The translations under genes were made by a program, and so were the position numbers. A stretch of 64,000 bases of DNA from Myxococcota bacterium. GTDB lineage: Bacteria; Myxococcota_A; UBA9160; UBA6930. Every line of letters starts with the position of its first letter. Positions within the stretch are counted from its first letter, which is position 1. The notes under the pieces are model-generated. The model saw nothing but the letters and a program-made list of their open reading frames with translations, was not told where the DNA came from and searched no databases. Of the stretch, positions 60,710-64,000 are shown one piece after another. The stretch is from contig JASJCN010000008.1 in NCBI GenBank assembly GCA_030065975.1, positions 1,047 to 65,046 of the forward strand, read 5' to 3'.

Positions 60710-62341
60710 ATGCTGTCGACCCGGCGCGGAACCACGAGCTCGCCGCTCAAGAGCGAGCGCTCCTGTGTGCTCTCCAGGGGAGGCATGGTCTGCGCCAGCG
60801 TTCCCGCGGCCGCCGAGGCCGGCCGCTCCATCCTCGCCCGGGGCGGCAACGCGATCGACGCGGCGCTCGCCACGTCCGCCGCCCTCTGCGTGGTCGAGCC
60901 GATGTCGACCGGCATCGGCGGCGACGCCTTCGCGCTCTTCTGGTCCGCTCGCGAGGGTGGTCTGGTCGGCCTGAACGGCAGTGGCCGGGCGCCGGCAAGA
61001 GCCACCCTCGAGGCCTACCGGAGCCGCGGGCTCGAGCGCATCGAGCCGCGCGGGATCCTCTCGGCGACGGTGCCCGGGGCCGTCCACGCCTGGCAGACGC
61101 TCTCCGAGCGCTACGGCTCGCTGCCGCTCTGCGACGTGCTCGAGCCCGCCATCCGGCTCGCGGAAGAGGGCTTCCCCGTGACCGAGCTGGTGGCCCACTA
61201 CTGGTGGGGCCTCGAGCGCTCGGGCGTCTTCCGCAACGACGCCGCAAGGCGGGCGCTTTCGCCCGAGGGCCGCACGCCCCGGGCGGGCGAGTGGTTCCGC
61301 TCGCCGGATCTCGCGGGCACCCTGCGCCGCATCGCGGACAAGGGCGCGGCCGGCTTCTACACCGGGCCGGTGGCCGACGCGATCGTCGAGACCTCGCGGG
61401 AGCTCGGCGGCTACTTCGAGCCGGAGGACCTTGCGAGTCACGAGTCCACCTGGGTCGACCCCATCGAGACGGACTATCGCGGGACCCGCGTGGTGGAGCT
61501 CCCGCCCAACGGGCAGGGCCTGGCCGCCCTGATCGGGCTCAACGTGCTCGAGTGCTTCGACCCCGAGGAGGCGCAGCCCGGCTCCGCCCTCGAGTGGCAC
61601 CGCCGCATCGAGGCCACCAAGCTGGCCTTCGCCGATCGCAACGCCTACATCGCCGACCCCGAGCACGCCGACGTGCCGACCCCTGCCCTGCTCGACAAGA
61701 GCTACGCGAAGCGCCGCGCTGCGCTCGTCGGCGAGCGCGCCCTGCCCGGCCCGGATCCCGGTCTCGCGAGCGACACCGTCTACCTCTGCACCGCCGACGC
61801 CGAGGGCAATCTCGTCTCGTTCATCCAGAGCCTCTTCACCGGCTTCGGGAGCGGCGTGTGCTGCGGTGACACGGGCGTGGTGCTCCAGAGTCGCGGAGCG
61901 GGCTTCCGCCTCGACCCGGACCACCCGAGCGCGCTGGCTCCGCGCAAGCGGCCCTTCCACACGATCATCCCGGGCATGCTGATGCGCGGCGACGAGCCGT
62001 GGATGGCGTTCGGGATCATGGGCGGCGACGTCCAGCCCCAGGCGCACCTGGCCTTCGCGTCCAACGTGATCGACCATGGCCTGAACCCCCAGGAGGCCCT
62101 CGACCGCGCGCGCTTCCGCGTCGAGGGCGGCGCCTCGGTGCGGGTGGAGACGCCGGATGCCCCCGCCAGCGAGGGCGGAACGATCGGCCAGCAGCTGCGC
62201 GAGCGCGGCCACGACGTCGGCGACCCCGGCGCGATGATGGCCGACGTCTTCGGGGGCGGGCAGGCGATCCAGCGCCTCGACAACGGCGTGCTCGCCGGCG
62301 GCAGCGACCGGCGCAAGGACGGGCTGGCCCTCGGCCTCTAG
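60710..62341 (+). CDS. ggt: gamma-glutamyltransferase family protein (no obvious signal peptide)
   Basis: GGNAIDAALA ... EPMSTGIGGD ... nucleophile region SDTVYLCTAD ... MGGDVQPQ pattern of Ntn-hydrolase GGTs. Confidence 0.85.
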   Translation: MLSTRRGTTSSPLKSERSCVLSRGGMVCASVPAAAEAGRSILARGGNAIDAALATSAALCVVEPMSTGIGGDAFALFWSAREGGLVGLNGSGRAPARATLEAYRSRGLERIEPRGILSATVPGAVHAWQTLSERYGSLPLCDVLEPAIRLAEEGFPVTELVAHYWWGLERSGVFRNDAARRALSPEGRTPRAGEWFRSPDLAGTLRRIADKGAAGFYTGPVADAIVETSRELGGYFEPEDLASHESTWVDPIETDYRGTRVVELPPNGQGLAALIGLNVLECFDPEEAQPGSALEWHRRIEATKLAFADRNAYIADPEHADVPTPALLDKSYAKRRAALVGERALPGPDPGLASDTVYLCTADAEGNLVSFIQSLFTGFGSGVCCGDTGVVLQSRGAGFRLDPDHPSALAPRKRPFHTIIPGMLMRGDEPWMAFGIMGGDVQPQAHLAFASNVIDHGLNPQEALDRARFRVEGGASVRVETPDAPASEGGTIGQQLRERGHDVGDPGAMMADVFGGGQAIQRLDNGVLAGGSDRRKDGLALGL

Positions 62342-62385
62342 GGCCCGAAGCCAGGCCTCGAGCGCGTAAGCGAAGGAGACCCGAC

Positions 62386-63024
62386 ATGACCGAAGCCACC
62401 CTCGACGCCGAGCAGGCGGCGGCCCTCGAAGACGCCGCCCGCGCGATCGACCGCGAGCGCATGAAGCAGATCGGGAGCTTCCACTTCGCGATGGTCATGG
62501 GCGCGCTCACCCTCTGGGGCGCAGCGGTGACCTGGGCCCAGGTGACGGGCCTGGGCATCGCCCAGTTCGCGGCGATCGCCAACGCGCTCATTGCGGCCTA
62601 CGTGATCTCCTCGACGATCCACGAGTGGGGTCACTTCGCCGGTGCCCGCCTGTCCGGCTCGGTCTCGCCCGTCCTCGAGAAGCCCAGGCGACACTTCTTC
62701 ATGTTCGACTTCGCCATGGACCGGAACGACTCGCGGCAGTTCCTGTGGATGAGCTGGGGCGGCATCCTCGCTCCCTGGGCCGCCGTCCTCCTGGCCGCGG
62801 CGCTGGTTCCCCTGGCTCTCACCAGCGGGGCCGTGCTCGTCGCGACCCTGACGAGCCGCGCCGCCGCGACGGCGAAGTTCGAGGTCCCGATCGCGCTCGG
62901 CGTCTCCCGCGGTGGCCAGCCCGGAGCCGAGCTCGCCCGGCAGCTCCCGAACCTGGCCGGGAGCCGCCCCTTCGGCATGGCCGTGGGCGCCGCGACCTTC
63001 GTGGTGCTCTGGCTCGCGGCCTGA
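62386..63024 (+). CDS. integral membrane protein with HExxH motif (putative membrane metallopeptidase)
   Basis: AAGGAG RBS, four or more hydrophobic helices, and IHEWGH within or adjacent to a helix. Confidence 0.6.
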   Translation: MTEATLDAEQAAALEDAARAIDRERMKQIGSFHFAMVMGALTLWGAAVTWAQVTGLGIAQFAAIANALIAAYVISSTIHEWGHFAGARLSGSVSPVLEKPRRHFFMFDFAMDRNDSRQFLWMSWGGILAPWAAVLLAAALVPLALTSGAVLVATLTSRAAATAKFEVPIALGVSRGGQPGAELARQLPNLAGSRPFGMAVGAATFVVLWLAA

Positions 63025-63050
63025 GGCCCGGGCTCAGCCGACTGCACTCC

Positions 63051-63073
63051 GAATGAGGCTTTTCGCCTCATTC
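63051..63073 (+). terminator. 9-bp-stem hairpin after the HExxH membrane protein gene
   Basis: GAATGAGGC-TTTTC-GCCTCATTC, perfectly paired, 27 nt after the stop. The T-content after it is modest. Confidence 0.5.
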
Positions 63074-63125
63074 TCGCCTCGTGTCGGTTGCGAGACGGCC
63101 GCGGCTGATATATGAACTGAACTTC

Positions 63126-63728
63126 ATGTCAGAAATCCTCGCGGAGCGCCCGGCCTCTCGGAACGGGCACACCACGCGCCGCCTCGAGACCCGCCGCCGG
63201 CTGCTCGAGGCCGGGACCGAGCTCTTTGCCGAGGAGGGAGTCCGCGCCGCCACGAGCAGCGCCATCGCGCGCCGGGCCGGAGTGGCCACCGGCACCTTCT
63301 ATCTCCACTTCCCCGACAAGCACGCGCTGTTCGAGGAGCTGGTCGATGCGGCCCTCGAAGAGATGCGCCCGACGCCCGACCCCGAGCGTTCGGACGGCGG
63401 GAGCGCGGAGGCGCTCCGCCGGGATCTCGAGCGCATGGTCGAGGTGGCCGTGCGCCGCCGGAACCTGATCCGCGCCGTCTTCGATCGCGGCGAGAGCTCG
63501 GGGCTCGCCGAGCGGATCCAGGATCGGATCGCGGGCTCGCTCGAGGAGCGGTACGCGAGCGTGTTTCCCGAGCGCGGCATCGCGCTGCACCCGGGCGCGG
63601 CGGCCCAGGCGCGTGCCGCGCTGCTCGTCCGCGTCATCGCGTGGTGGGTGGAGGACCCCGACCGCGCGAGCCGCGAAGAGATCATCCAAGTCCTGATGGA
63701 GCTGGCCCCGGGCCGGACCAAGGAGTGA
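63126..63728 (+). CDS. TetR/AcrR family transcriptional regulator
   Basis: N-terminal HTH RRRLLEAGTELFAEEGVRAATSSAIARRAGVATGTFYLHFPDKHALF. Confidence 0.9.
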   Translation: MSEILAERPASRNGHTTRRLETRRRLLEAGTELFAEEGVRAATSSAIARRAGVATGTFYLHFPDKHALFEELVDAALEEMRPTPDPERSDGGSAEALRRDLERMVEVAVRRRNLIRAVFDRGESSGLAERIQDRIAGSLEERYASVFPERGIALHPGAAAQARAALLVRVIAWWVEDPDRASREEIIQVLMELAPGRTKE

Positions 63729-63732
63729 GACC

Positions 63733-64000
63733 ATGAGCGAGACCGCCATCCAGCAGAGCCAGCCGTACACCGGGATCATCACCCCCGAGAAGGAGCAGGC
63801 GATCAAGGGCGAGGGCGTCGCCCCGGCCCACGAGCTCGCGCTCGAGGACATCAACCCGCTCAACGCCCACCTCTTCCGCGAGAACCGCTGGCACGACTAC
63901 TTCGCGCGCCTGCGCAAGGAAGACCCGGTCCACTTCAACGAGATCGAGACCGCGGGCCGCTACTGGTCGATCACGAAGTACGACGACATCAAGACGGTCA
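63733..64000 (+). CDS. cytochrome P450, N-terminal part (CYP153-like; 3' end outside window)
   Basis: My own translation: MSETAIQQSQPYTGIITPEKEQAIKGEGVAPAHELALEDINPLNAHLFRENRWHDYFARLRKEDPVHFNEIETAGRYWSITKYDDIKTV. The LFxxxxWHDYFARLRxEDPVHF ... YWSITKYDDI pattern resembles CYP153-type P450 N-termini. Confidence 0.7.
   Translation, partial: MSETAIQQSQPYTGIITPEKEQAIKGEGVAPAHELALEDINPLNAHLFRENRWHDYFARLRKEDPVHFNEIETAGRYWSITKYDDIKTV

Overview
Very GC-rich bacterial chromosomal window (about 70% GC by eye, not computed), densely coding. I found no rRNA, tRNA, CRISPR array, integrase or transposase. Pal, an LpxL-type acyltransferase and a PEP-CTERM protein point to a Gram-negative host, perhaps Myxococcota- or Binatota-like; that assignment is low-confidence inference. 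Many long ORFs in the track are Arg/Ala/Gly/Pro-rich shadow frames typical of high-GC DNA. I called only frames with recognisable family motifs, high GC3 and sensible starts, about 64 CDS. Housekeeping landmarks are glmS, thiC with a TPP riboswitch, dnaA, map, folB, pal, split FO-synthase genes cofG/cofH, an assimilatory sulfite reductase, ggt and an exonuclease-DinG helicase. The most unusual region is a nine-gene, largely translationally coupled minus-strand operon (53166 down to 41367). It encodes an enoyl reductase, KAS III, FabG, a FabZ-like dehydratase, a FabF-type KS, its own ACP, a PlsC-type acyltransferase, an Sfp-type PPTase and a 1867-aa single-chain BC-BCCP-central-CT carboxylase of eukaryote-like architecture. 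Three copies of a 13-bp palindrome precede it. This looks like a dedicated lipid or acyl-chain pathway of unknown product. Other signals not explained by genes: four 17-bp tandem repeats abutting a start codon; a CACTGGAAC half-site shared by a perfect palindrome upstream of the PEP-CTERM gene and a tandem repeat upstream of pal; G-quadruplex-type and 11-bp tandem repeats upstream of dnaA, which has no dnaN after it; tandem repeats spanning two stop codons; and an in-frame TGA between a CinA-like gene and a DUF4079 membrane gene. Everything rests on manual reading; no database search was run.
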